Below, piece after piece: positions 39,901 through 48,725 of a DNA stretch of 59,356 bases. The stretch's first letter is position 1. Each line of letters opens with the position of its first letter. The notes under the pieces are model-generated. The model was not told where the DNA came from. It did no database searches and saw nothing but the letters and a program-made list of their open reading frames with translations. A program made the position numbers and the translations under genes. This stretch comes from Planctomycetales bacterium. GTDB lineage: Bacteria > Planctomycetota > Phycisphaerae > SM23-33. Location: positions 1 through 59,356 of the forward strand of contig JAUVIQ010000001.1 in the NCBI GenBank assembly GCA_030592655.1. The letters run 5' to 3'.

Positions 39901-42221
39901 TCAACCTTTATCGCATCGGCTGGGCATACTCTCATGCACGTTCCGCAGCGGATGCACTTTTCGACGTCGATTTCGTGTTTCTCATGCGGCTTCATTTCGA
40001 TGGCGTCGGCGGGGCAATGCTGGGCGCAGAGCGTACAGCCGATGCAATCGTCGGTAATCACGTACTTTATCAGGTCTTTGCATACTCCGGCGGGGCACAC
40101 CCCGGCCAGGTGCGCTTCGTACTCGTCGCGGAAGTATCGCAGCGTCGAGATGACCGGATTGGGCGCGCTCTTGCCGAGTCCGCAGAGGCTGGATTTACCG
40201 ACCGCGCCGGCAAGGTGCTCCAGTCTCTCCAGGTCGTCGCCGCGACCTTCGCCTGAGCAGATGCGGTTGAGTATGTCGAGCATTTGGCGTGTTCCGATTC
40301 GGCAGAAGGTGCACTTTCCGCATGACTGGTCCTGCGTGAACGCCAGGAAGTAGCGTGCGATATCGACCATGCAATCGGTCTCGTCCAGCACGACCAGTCC
40401 GCCCGACCCCATAAACGCCCCGACGCCGACGAGCGATTCGTAATCGATCGGCGTGTCGGCCAATGACGCCGGGATGCATCCGCCCGATGGTCCGCCGATC
40501 TGAACGGCTTTGAATGCTTTGGAGTCGATGATCCCGCCTCCGATTTGTTCGACTATTTCGTGGATGGTAATCCCCATCGGCACCTCGACGAGTCCGCCTC
40601 GAACGACCCTTCCGGCCAGGGCGAAGACCTTTGTGCCCTTGCTCAGGTCCGTCCCCGTATCCGAGAAGGCCCCGGCTCCGTTGCGGATAATCCAGGGGAC
40701 CATCGAGAATGTTTCAGTGTTGTTGACGAGGGTGGGTTTTCCGTTCAGCCCGCTTTGGGCAGGGTACGGCGGGCGCGGGCGAGGCATCCCCCGCCGACCT
40801 TCGATGGACGCGATAAGGGCGGTCTCTTCGCCGCAGACGAAAGCGCCGGCCCCCGGGACAATCCGCAAACGCAGTTTTGGGCCAAGCAAATTCCGCTGCC
40901 GGCACTGCTCGATTGCGTCTGTCATCCGTTTTATCGCCAGGGGATATTCGGCGCGGATATAGAAAATTCCCTCGTCGGCCCCGACGGCGTAAGCGGCGAT
41001 TACCACCCCCTCGATTATCCGATAAGGTTGACTTTCCAGCAGCAGGCGGTCCATGAACGCGCCGGGGTCGCCCTCGTCGCCGTTGCAGATGATGTATTTC
41101 TTTTCGCCATGCGCCTGACGGACGTGCAGCCATTTCAGACCCGTTACAAATCCCGCTCCGCCCCTTCCTCGAAGACCGCTGCGCGTAATCTCGTCGATGA
41201 CCTGTTCGGGCGATAATTCGTCGGTGCATTTCCGCAATGCCTCGAACCCGCCGCCGGAGATGTATTCGTCCAGGTCAGCCGGGTCGGCGCTTCCGGCCTG
41301 CTCGGTGGCGATCCGCTTCTGCGGGCCTGTGAACTCGGAAATAATCGCCTCGCGGACGTCCGTCGAATATCGCGTAACAGGCTCCCAGGCGTCGTCGGTG
41401 AGAATGTTTTCGAGGATGTGCGACGCAGACGTTTTGATTTTCCGCATGATTCCCCCGGGCCTGAAGTGTCGCAGGACGATTGCCTCGGCGTCTTCGGGTT
41501 TTACGCCCGCGTACAACGACGGCGGCAGGCCCGGAAGGACAACCTCCACCAGCGGCGTTATGTAACTCATGCCCGTGCATCCGACCCGCTTGACAGAGGC
41601 TCGCGCGCCGGAGCGTGCCACAGCCTCGCACAACGCCTCATACACCGCGCCGCATCCCCGCGCGATGCAGCACGTATCGAGACTGATGCGAATCTCCCCG
41701 ACTTCCGCGCCGGGTTCGACGGGGCGGGCCTTGCGATGAACCCGACGGGACTGAAGGTTCAGAAAATCCCGCACCGCATCGGCGGCGGTGTCGCCGGAAA
41801 GGTGGCCGTAGGTTACGTCGCCGATCTGCACCACCGGAGCGAGCGAGCAGCAGCCAAGGCAGGCGACCTTCTCGACGGTGAACACTCCCGCCGCGTCGGT
41901 GTCGTCGTCGGGCGGGATGTCCAGATGGCGGCAGAATCCGTCGTGAACCGCGCCGGCGCCCTGGACGTGGCAGGCGGTTCCCACGCAGACGCGGATTGTG
42001 TGCTCACCGGCAGGACGATGGCGAAACTGCGTATAAAACGTTGCGACGCCCTCAATCCGCGCCGGCGTAATCTCGCTAATCTCGCAGACCCGCTCCAGGA
42101 CCTCGCGCGGCAGGTAACGATAATGCTCCTGAATCGCCTGGAGGATCGGTATCACCGCGTCGGGATTTTGCCCGATTCGCTCGATAAGACCGTCCACAAA
42201 TGTCAAATCCGCCTGATTCAT
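39897..42221 (-). CDS. NuoE-NuoF fusion flavoprotein (NADH-binding, HydB/HydC- or Bfu-type) with C-terminal 2x[4Fe-4S]
   Basis: NuoE-like CVGTACHVQGAG...CLGCCSLAPV. NuoF motifs GLRGRGGAGFVTGLKW, ICNGDEGDPGAFMDR and SCGKCTFCRIG. C-terminal CIGCTLCAQHCP and CIRCGTCMRVCP. The start is set to MNQADL (42221), which makes an ATGA overlap with the upstream gene. Confidence 0.85.
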   Translation of the reverse strand: MNQADLTFVDGLIERIGQNPDAVIPILQAIQEHYRYLPREVLERVCEISEITPARIEGVATFYTQFRHRPAGEHTIRVCVGTACHVQGAGAVHDGFCRHLDIPPDDDTDAAGVFTVEKVACLGCCSLAPVVQIGDVTYGHLSGDTAADAVRDFLNLQSRRVHRKARPVEPGAEVGEIRISLDTCCIARGCGAVYEALCEAVARSGARASVKRVGCTGMSYITPLVEVVLPGLPPSLYAGVKPEDAEAIVLRHFRPGGIMRKIKTSASHILENILTDDAWEPVTRYSTDVREAIISEFTGPQKRIATEQAGSADPADLDEYISGGGFEALRKCTDELSPEQVIDEITRSGLRGRGGAGFVTGLKWLHVRQAHGEKKYIICNGDEGDPGAFMDRLLLESQPYRIIEGVVIAAYAVGADEGIFYIRAEYPLAIKRMTDAIEQCRQRNLLGPKLRLRIVPGAGAFVCGEETALIASIEGRRGMPRPRPPYPAQSGLNGKPTLVNNTETFSMVPWIIRNGAGAFSDTGTDLSKGTKVFALAGRVVRGGLVEVPMGITIHEIVEQIGGGIIDSKAFKAVQIGGPSGGCIPASLADTPIDYESLVGVGAFMGSGGLVVLDETDCMVDIARYFLAFTQDQSCGKCTFCRIGTRQMLDILNRICSGEGRGDDLERLEHLAGAVGKSSLCGLGKSAPNPVISTLRYFRDEYEAHLAGVCPAGVCKDLIKYVITDDCIGCTLCAQHCPADAIEMKPHEKHEIDVEKCIRCGTCMRVCPADAIKVE

Positions 42222-43996
42222 CGTTTCGCGCCGCTTATACAAAACAGATGCTTTTCACCTCGTATGTAAATCCGCCCGTCCATAAAGGCCGGGGTCGCAT
42301 AAACTTTTTCGCCCAGTTCGCTCCGGGCGATTTCCTTATATTTCCGGTCCGCCTCGATGATGATTGTTACGCCGTCGATGCTGATAAGATAAACCCGCTC
42401 GCCGACAATAGAGGGCGAGGCGTTGATTTCCATATCCAGTTCCCTGTCCCAGACCATGTTACCGGCTTGGATGTCGTAGCAGGTCAGCGTTCCGTAGGTC
42501 TCCATCAGCCAGAGGAGTTTTCCGTCGCTGACGGGTGAGCAGATGTCCGGCAGGCCGTCGATGGCCGTCCATGCGATGTGGGTTTTTGTAACGTCGCCAC
42601 TGCCGTCGGGCCTGATTGCGGCGACGACCGCGTTGGTGTTAACGGCGAAGACCATTCCACCGGCGTAGATCGGGCAGGGCGCTACGTCGCCGTCGAGGCA
42701 CTTCGCACGCCACAGTTCAGACCCGTCGGCGGGGCTGTAGGAAATCACCCACGGGTTGCCGCAGGTGATTACCTGTTCGCGTCCGCCGGCGTTGATAACA
42801 ATCGGCGAAGACCACGAATCGGGAACAGGCCGCTCTTTCGACCAGACATCATCACCGGTCAGTGCGTCCAGCGCGAGGAGTTCCGATTTGCCTTCTCCTT
42901 CCCGACCCTGGTCGAATTTCACCAGCAGCAGGTTCCGCCACATCGTCAGCGACGTGGAGTGGCCATACATATTGTCCGGCAGGCCGAGGTTCATCGCCCA
43001 AAGCCGCTCGCCGTCGAAATCGAAACATATCAAATCACCGTTGGCGAATATCGCATATACCCGCTGACCGTCAGCCACCGCTGTCGGCGCGGCATAGCAG
43101 GCCCCCAATTCCTCTGAAATCCTCGGCGCCTTTGCGACGCTGCCGGGAACGTTCGCTACGTCCCGCTGCCACAGCAACTCGCCCGAATCGGCGTCGAAAC
43201 AATAGACCTGGCGTTTGTCCATTGTCGCTCCGGTCAGGAAGATTCGATTACCCCAGACGACCGGGGAATTTTTACCCGCCAGCGGAACCGGCGCCTTCCA
43301 GAGAACACCCTCGCCGCTCTTCGCGTTCCATTTCGACGGCACGTTCGTATATGCCGATATTCCCAACCCGCCGGGTCCGCGAAATCGAGGCCAATTCCTG
43401 CCGATTTCCTCAGCCGAGCCGAAGCGGACAACCAGCGGAGGCGGTTTTTCGACATCCTTGACGGCAGTGGGAAAACCCTCTATCGGCACGATGAAGGCCA
43501 GCACCGTCGCACCGCCGAGAATCGCCAGCCCCGCCGCTGCGACCGACCATCGGGCAAACGTACCGGCGCGAACCTCCGCCCGTTCCTGATCGCCCGGCGG
43601 AGCGGGGCCGGAAATAGTCTTGCGACAACCGACAGCCACCCCAACCGACACCAGCAAAACCACAATGCCGCCAAGCAACAGCCACCCACCACGAACTCCG
43701 AACGCCTGCCTGCGGAAATACTCCTCGCGCAATTCCAAGTCCATCCGCCGGACTTTGCTCTTGAGTTGCTCGTCGTTCGGATAGGTCTGCAATTTGGCTT
43801 TGAGCGCCACGAACTGCTCGGAGTCCAGCGGGTCGGAGACGTCGCTGTGAAAATAGTTTTGGATAAGCCCAACGCAGACAACCACGCAAAAGACGCCCGC
43901 AACGATGGCGCACGCCACGCTAGCGCGATACCATGTGGAAGCAGGAACGGTATTTTCGGATTTGTCGTCAACCATTATATTCATTCGCATAAGCAC
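42218..43996 (-). CDS. membrane-anchored PQQ-like (BamB-type) beta-propeller repeat protein
   Basis: An N-terminal TM segment and a second TM, then repeated motifs of the form VYCFDADSGELLWQ. Confidence 0.75.
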   Translation of the reverse strand: MLMRMNIMVDDKSENTVPASTWYRASVACAIVAGVFCVVVCVGLIQNYFHSDVSDPLDSEQFVALKAKLQTYPNDEQLKSKVRRMDLELREEYFRRQAFGVRGGWLLLGGIVVLLVSVGVAVGCRKTISGPAPPGDQERAEVRAGTFARWSVAAAGLAILGGATVLAFIVPIEGFPTAVKDVEKPPPLVVRFGSAEEIGRNWPRFRGPGGLGISAYTNVPSKWNAKSGEGVLWKAPVPLAGKNSPVVWGNRIFLTGATMDKRQVYCFDADSGELLWQRDVANVPGSVAKAPRISEELGACYAAPTAVADGQRVYAIFANGDLICFDFDGERLWAMNLGLPDNMYGHSTSLTMWRNLLLVKFDQGREGEGKSELLALDALTGDDVWSKERPVPDSWSSPIVINAGGREQVITCGNPWVISYSPADGSELWRAKCLDGDVAPCPIYAGGMVFAVNTNAVVAAIRPDGSGDVTKTHIAWTAIDGLPDICSPVSDGKLLWLMETYGTLTCYDIQAGNMVWDRELDMEINASPSIVGERVYLISIDGVTIIIEADRKYKEIARSELGEKVYATPAFMDGRIYIRGEKHLFCISGAKR

Positions 43997-44013
43997 TTAA
44001 TTAATCATGCATT

Positions 44014-44126
44014 GGGTGGCACCTTCAACCGTAGCGAAGCGGAGGTTGTGGGTGCTGGATGGGCAAAATGTAAAGCACCCACAAGCTCCGCTCCACTTCG
44101 TTCCGCTGCGCTTGAAGGTGCCACCC
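44014..44126. mobile_element. 113-bp palindromic (MITE/REP-like) element, intergenic copy
   Basis: 15-bp perfect terminal arms gggtggcaccttcaa / ttgaaggtgccaccc and inner arms gcggaggttgtgggtgct / agcacccacaagctccgc. It is near-identical to 50022-50135 except for the loop. Confidence 0.75.
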
Positions 44127-44132
44127 GGTCAT

Positions 44133-45461
44133 TTATTTATTTTCCCTTATCCGTTTTAATCGCGCTTGTTCGCGCGGACAGTGGGCGAAGCATCGTCCGC
44201 AGGCAAGACAGTCGGCACGGTCGGCTTCGTAGTCGTCCCGCCTTCGACGGATGGAAAATCGAATCATCTTCAACATCACTACAAGCGCGATGAACGCGCC
44301 CAACAACCGGGCTCCGAGGAGAAACTCTCCACGTTTGCCCGAAGCCTCTTCGTAAAGTTCAGCCACAGGCCTGCGGCTTTCGCGAAAGACCTCACTGGCA
44401 TCGGTGGTCCCTTTGATTTTTCCTGCATCTTCGTCCCGGATGCGTTCGGCCAGGCGGATTGTCGGATTTCTGCGAGACAGAACGGGCGAGACCCGCCCGC
44501 CCAACCAGCCGCCGACAGCAACCATCACCGGCAGCAGGAGAATCAGCGCCGCCAGCCGGCCTTTGCCTTCGCTCCGGCTGACGTTTTTTCGGCGGGTTGG
44601 TTTATTTATGGCTCCGAACGGACAGGCGTCCTCGCACAAGCGGCACTGGATACACTCATCCGGCGTGATGGTTACTCGCCAACGGGAAAAGCGGCTGAGG
44701 ATACGCAACAACGCTCCGTAGGGGCAGACGAACCGGCAATAAACCCTGCCGATAAAGGCGCTTATCAATAAGACGCACGCGCCCAGCGCAAGGAGGTTGA
44801 AACGTCCGCCCAAATCCCACCCCGGCCAGGAACCGTCCTGGATAATCGCCTGTCCCCATTTACCAAGCGGAACCAGGCGGAAGAATCCGACGAACGGGTC
44901 GAGCCGGCAGATGATAAACGCGCTGCCGGTGGCCGCCATCAGAACCGCCAGACCAAGATAGACATACGGCAAAATCCCCAGCGCGTGGGCCAGCCAGGCC
45001 GGGACTTTGAGAGGTTTGACAAGCACGACGTCCTGGATCGCTCCAAGCGGGCAAACGGCTGCACAAAAGACCCGCCCGAAAAAGAGCGTGAACACCAGCG
45101 GCAGGGCGAAGAAGGCGATAATCGCCGCCGGGACGACATACCCGCTGTCGAACAGGCCCAGCGTAACATTCTGTATCGACCCGACCGGACAGACGCACCC
45201 GCCTCGCCAGAAGCCGAAATACAACAGCGAAAAAATCGTCAGCGCGAGCAAGCCTCGCCGCGAACGCCTTTTCAACGCCAGGTACGCCGCCAGCGCCATC
45301 GCCGCCGCCAGTACCGCTACGTCAATATATTCAAAAATATCGCTCTGCGGCGCCGGCGTTGTCGTATCGGGCCGGTCATACCATTTCGGCAGTTTCGCCG
45401 CAGCCAAGGCGACGCTCGCCGAAACAGTTAGCACAATCAGAAAGAGAATCAATCGTCTCAA
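44133..45461 (-). CDS. NapH/MauN/NosH-family membrane polyferredoxin
   Basis: CX3CP motifs at TM ends (FCAAVCPLGAIQD, YCRFVCPYGALL), GCVCPVGSIQ, and cytoplasmic CIQCRLCEDACPFGAI and CLACGRCFAHCP. Confidence 0.75.
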   Translation of the reverse strand: MRRLILFLIVLTVSASVALAAAKLPKWYDRPDTTTPAPQSDIFEYIDVAVLAAAMALAAYLALKRRSRRGLLALTIFSLLYFGFWRGGCVCPVGSIQNVTLGLFDSGYVVPAAIIAFFALPLVFTLFFGRVFCAAVCPLGAIQDVVLVKPLKVPAWLAHALGILPYVYLGLAVLMAATGSAFIICRLDPFVGFFRLVPLGKWGQAIIQDGSWPGWDLGGRFNLLALGACVLLISAFIGRVYCRFVCPYGALLRILSRFSRWRVTITPDECIQCRLCEDACPFGAINKPTRRKNVSRSEGKGRLAALILLLPVMVAVGGWLGGRVSPVLSRRNPTIRLAERIRDEDAGKIKGTTDASEVFRESRRPVAELYEEASGKRGEFLLGARLLGAFIALVVMLKMIRFSIRRRRDDYEADRADCLACGRCFAHCPREQARLKRIRENK

Positions 45462-45504
45462 ATCTCGTTACCCTTTATCCGTCACTTCGTTCCGGAAGAG
45501 AACA

Positions 45505-46071
45505 TTACTGTTTGGTTTTGAGCAGGTAAGGCTGGTCCGCCGGAACTCGTCTGAACGCATCGGATGGGCAGGCTGCCGCGATGGCGCATTCGTTACAGTT
45601 GATGCACAGGTCGTGGCGAACCTGGAGGAACAGCGCGCCCATACCGAACTGCCCGCACCCGGCTACGCATTTTCCACAGCCGATGCACAACTGCTCGTCA
45701 ATTTTGTATTCGTACTGGGGCCCGTGGACAACTCTTCGCCGGATCGCCCCGGTCGGGCAGAGTTGGTTCTCCGCGCCGGTCTCGACGTCCGGGGCATCGA
45801 GATCGAAATATCCGAAACATTTCTCGCAGTACTCGCAAATGTCGAATGCGTGTACGCACTTCACAGCCGAGGGTTTCAGAACGCAGTACGTCGCGCAGTT
45901 TCCACATGCGATGCACTTTTCCGGGTCAATTTGCCAGACGGTATCGCCGGCTCGGCTTCGCGCGAGAAGCCCGCCGGCAGCAGCGCCCACTCCCGCCAAC
46001 AACGCGCCGCGAACGCCTCCGCGAATAAAATCACGCCTGGTCAGACCGGATTCTTTTTCCTTCTCGCTCAT
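45505..46071 (-). CDS. Tat-exported multi-[4Fe-4S] ferredoxin (NapG-like)
   Basis: Twin-arginine signal GLTRRDFIRGG. Cluster motifs CIACGNCATYC, CEYCEKC, CIGCGKCVAGC and CINCNECAIAACP. The start is trimmed to MSEKEKE (46071), giving an ATGA overlap upstream. Confidence 0.75.
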   Translation of the reverse strand: MSEKEKESGLTRRDFIRGGVRGALLAGVGAAAGGLLARSRAGDTVWQIDPEKCIACGNCATYCVLKPSAVKCVHAFDICEYCEKCFGYFDLDAPDVETGAENQLCPTGAIRRRVVHGPQYEYKIDEQLCIGCGKCVAGCGQFGMGALFLQVRHDLCINCNECAIAAACPSDAFRRVPADQPYLLKTKQ

Positions 46072-46283
46072 CTTTTCGACATCCCGCGTTTGATGGTCAT
46101 CGCCTGGGGCAGTTCGCAATCGTCGAATGCCCGACAATCGCGGCAGAAGCCGCGAGAAATACATCTCTGCCCAGGCCGAAATCTTCGCTTCAGCAGAACA
46201 TACGAGACAGCCGCTACAGCCCCCATCGCTGCGCCGCGAACGACCCAGCCAAGAAAATCGCGCCGGTTTTGTTTGTCCTGCAC
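46068..46283 (-). CDS. small Tat-signal-like, membrane-anchored Cys-rich protein (71 aa)
   Basis: GTG start 1 nt after the NHL gene stop. NRRDFLGWVV followed by a hydrophobic helix, then CISRGFCRDCRAFDDC (4 Cys). The longer ATG-initiated version would overlap the NHL gene by more than 130 nt. Confidence 0.35.
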   Translation of the reverse strand: MQDKQNRRDFLGWVVRGAAMGAVAAVSYVLLKRRFRPGQRCISRGFCRDCRAFDDCELPQAMTIKRGMSKR

Positions 46284-46284
46284 C

Positions 46285-47298
46285 CTATTCACTTCCGTCC
46301 TTCTTTCGAATAAAGACACGCACCGCTTTTTCGGACGGGTCCAGTACGAGCACTCGCCCGCGCGAATCGACGGCAAGGTCGAGTCCGACGGTCCCCTTTG
46401 CGAACACCTCAGTACCGGCAACCACGCTCCTCAAACATCCCGTCTCGTCGCATATCTTCACCCGTGGCAAACCCTTCTCGCCGGTTATCAACCAGCCATT
46501 GGGAAGGACCGCAATGGCCGTCGGATTGCAGCAGCCACAGAAGCCCTCGATTTCCTGCGATTGCCTGCCCCAGTGGCGTTTGGGCTTTCCGTCGAACGAA
46601 TAGGCTTCGACGCGCCATCGTCCCGGATTTACAACCCACAAAACCTTCCCGTTCTCCACCGCCACATCGACACAAGGCTTACGAACGAGGAGTCCCGGAA
46701 TGCCCCTGCTTTTATCGACCTGACCGATACGATTCAGAAGCCGGCCGGCCTTGTCATAACGCAAGACGACGCTGTTGCCCGAATCGGCGACGAATACGTC
46801 GGAATCCGACAGTGCAATCGAGGTAATGACAGCCTCCTTGCCGAGGCTTGGCCATTTTGCCCGGCGATTGGCCCGTCGGCCTTTCTGCGAATAAATCTCC
46901 ACGTGGTCGATCATTCCCACATAAATTGTCCCATTGCCTTCGACGGCCAGACATTGGGGCGGGTCGTCCAGGGAAACTTGCAGGAATCCTTTGCCGTCGC
47001 GGTCAAAGGCGACGATTTTCTTGTCGCCGGCGACATATACGGCGGCGTCAGGGCGGACGGCTATGCCGCGAGCGACCTTCAAACCGGTTTCAATCGGCTG
47101 GAGTTCCTTGTAGTGAATCATGCCGGGGTCGGTTCTGCGGTATTGCTTGTCGTCATAGACGAACTGTTTTCCGAGTCCGCTACCGGCCTCGCCGAACGGG
47201 TCGAATCGCAGGATGACGACAACCGCCGCCGCAATCGCAACAACTATGACCACAGCAATAATCACGCCGGTCGTCGAGATGCTTCGTTTTTCGCTCAC
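46285..47298 (-). CDS. membrane-anchored NHL/six-bladed beta-propeller protein with CGCCNP motif
   Basis: N-terminal TM helix and repeated motifs of the form G.IAV..DG.VYVAD (for example ARGIAVRPDAAVYVAG, VFVADSGNSVVL). Unusual EGFCGCCNPTAIAV string. GTG start overlapping the upstream stop (GTGA). Confidence 0.6.
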   Translation of the reverse strand: MSEKRSISTTGVIIAVVIVVAIAAAVVVILRFDPFGEAGSGLGKQFVYDDKQYRRTDPGMIHYKELQPIETGLKVARGIAVRPDAAVYVAGDKKIVAFDRDGKGFLQVSLDDPPQCLAVEGNGTIYVGMIDHVEIYSQKGRRANRRAKWPSLGKEAVITSIALSDSDVFVADSGNSVVLRYDKAGRLLNRIGQVDKSRGIPGLLVRKPCVDVAVENGKVLWVVNPGRWRVEAYSFDGKPKRHWGRQSQEIEGFCGCCNPTAIAVLPNGWLITGEKGLPRVKICDETGCLRSVVAGTEVFAKGTVGLDLAVDSRGRVLVLDPSEKAVRVFIRKKDGSE

Positions 47299-48725
47299 TT
47301 TTTTCTAACATCCAGGCATATCATTGTCTTGGAATCCCGCACGATAAGCCTACCGCCGGCGATGGCCATCGGCGCCCAGGAATCTTTTCCCGAAAGCACC
47401 TTCGCCCGCGCCAATTGCCTGTAACCTTTCGGCGTCGCCTCAAGTAGCGTCAGCACGCCGTGATCGTCCGTAACAAAAATCTTTCCGTCGGCGATAATGT
47501 AAGGCCCGCCGAAGGGTCCGAAACGATTGGCCGCTCCGCTGGTCCAGACCTGCCGGCCTTGAAGGTTCAGGCAAACCATCTGTTCTTTTAACTCACCTGC
47601 GTCCTTGCTTGTTACGCCGAAAATATGGTCTCGATGGAAGATGGGCGTCTGCATCTCGGAGCCGAAGACCTTCTGCTTCAGTTCGAAGAGTTTCTTCGGG
47701 ACGATTTTACCGTCCCGCTCGGTCAGCCGGATCATCATGCTTCCCGCGCGGTATCCGCCGGTCAGGAATATCCGCCCATCCGGAACGATTACCGGCGAGG
47801 GGGCATTGGAGGTGGGGACCCGCCAGCCGGGGTACTCCCAGAGGATTTTCCCATCAGCCGCCGATACCCCAACCACTCCGCCGCTTGCGCAATAGACATA
47901 CATTCGCTTACCGCCCCACATCATCGGCGTAATAGACGAGTGTGTCATTTTCCACGAGTGCGGGTTGGGCGCTTTCCAGAGGACCTTACCCGTGGCGCAA
48001 TCGACGGCGATCATCATGCTGCTGCCGGCCGGGGCGATAATGGCTTTGCCGTCGTCAATCATCGGGCATTGGGAGGTGTACCACAGCGGGACTTTCGTAC
48101 CGTATTCATGCACCAGGTCGATCCCCCAGAGGAATTTTCCGCTTTGCGCGTCGGCGCACATGACATGGCATGCCGGGCCGATGGTTACGACGAATTTTTC
48201 GGTAACCGCCGGTACGGTCCGGCTGATACCGTGCTGACTGGAAAGAGGGACCTTATACCCAAGCCGCCATATTTCCTTCCCGTCGGCCAGCGACAGGCAC
48301 CGCAGCGTGTCGGCCTGTTCGTCCTCGTCGTAATCGAGGACATAGACCTTCCCGCCGAGAATTGCCGCCCCGGCGTACCCTTCGCCCATTTCGACCGACC
48401 AGAGCGCCGGCGGACCTGTCTTGTCCCAGGTCTTGGCCAGCGGGACGGTTTCGGTGCTTATGGTGTCGAAATTGCTCCCACGGAACCTCGGCCAAGCGCC
48501 GGGCAGGTTCGCCGCCTTTCCGGCCCCTGCGACAAAGACAGGCGGAAAAACCGGAACGTGCTCGATCAGGGCGGACTGTTCAACAACCGGTAATCTCGGA
48601 TCGACATCCATTCCGGGCCCGCCCCGGAGCCACAGATTCAACAGGACCGCCCCGGCAGCGGCGACCGAAGCCGGTATCAATATCCCGATAATGACGGAAA
48701 CGATTTTCATAATTGGTTTATTCAC
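47295..48725 (-). CDS. membrane-anchored PQQ-like beta-propeller repeat protein
   Basis: An N-terminal TM, then PQQ-type repeats (LRCLSLADGKEIWR, VMCADAQSGKFLWG, IAVDCATGKVLWK). Confidence 0.75.
   Translation of the reverse strand: MNKPIMKIVSVIIGILIPASVAAAGAVLLNLWLRGGPGMDVDPRLPVVEQSALIEHVPVFPPVFVAGAGKAANLPGAWPRFRGSNFDTISTETVPLAKTWDKTGPPALWSVEMGEGYAGAAILGGKVYVLDYDEDEQADTLRCLSLADGKEIWRLGYKVPLSSQHGISRTVPAVTEKFVVTIGPACHVMCADAQSGKFLWGIDLVHEYGTKVPLWYTSQCPMIDDGKAIIAPAGSSMMIAVDCATGKVLWKAPNPHSWKMTHSSITPMMWGGKRMYVYCASGGVVGVSAADGKILWEYPGWRVPTSNAPSPVIVPDGRIFLTGGYRAGSMMIRLTERDGKIVPKKLFELKQKVFGSEMQTPIFHRDHIFGVTSKDAGELKEQMVCLNLQGRQVWTSGAANRFGPFGGPYIIADGKIFVTDDHGVLTLLEATPKGYRQLARAKVLSGKDSWAPMAIAGGRLIVRDSKTMICLDVRKK

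Noticed and set aside
39150-40353. Three overlapping + strand ORFs of 291-368 aa
   Set aside because: They are antisense to the NuoG-like and NuoEF genes, which carry unmistakable Fe-S and FMN motifs. Their composition is Arg/Gly/Ser-biased.
44133-46071. Calling these genes napH/napG or nosH/nosG
   Set aside because: There is no napA/napB, nosZ, mauA/B or any cytochrome c gene in the window. Only the family-level assignment is justified.
45007-47424. 805-aa ORF on the + strand, the longest + strand ORF in this part of the window
   Set aside because: It runs antisense across four well-supported minus-strand genes (the NapH-like, NapG-like, mini-protein and NHL genes). It is Arg/Ser/Ala/Pro-rich with no recognisable motif. 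This is a typical shadow ORF of GC-rich DNA.
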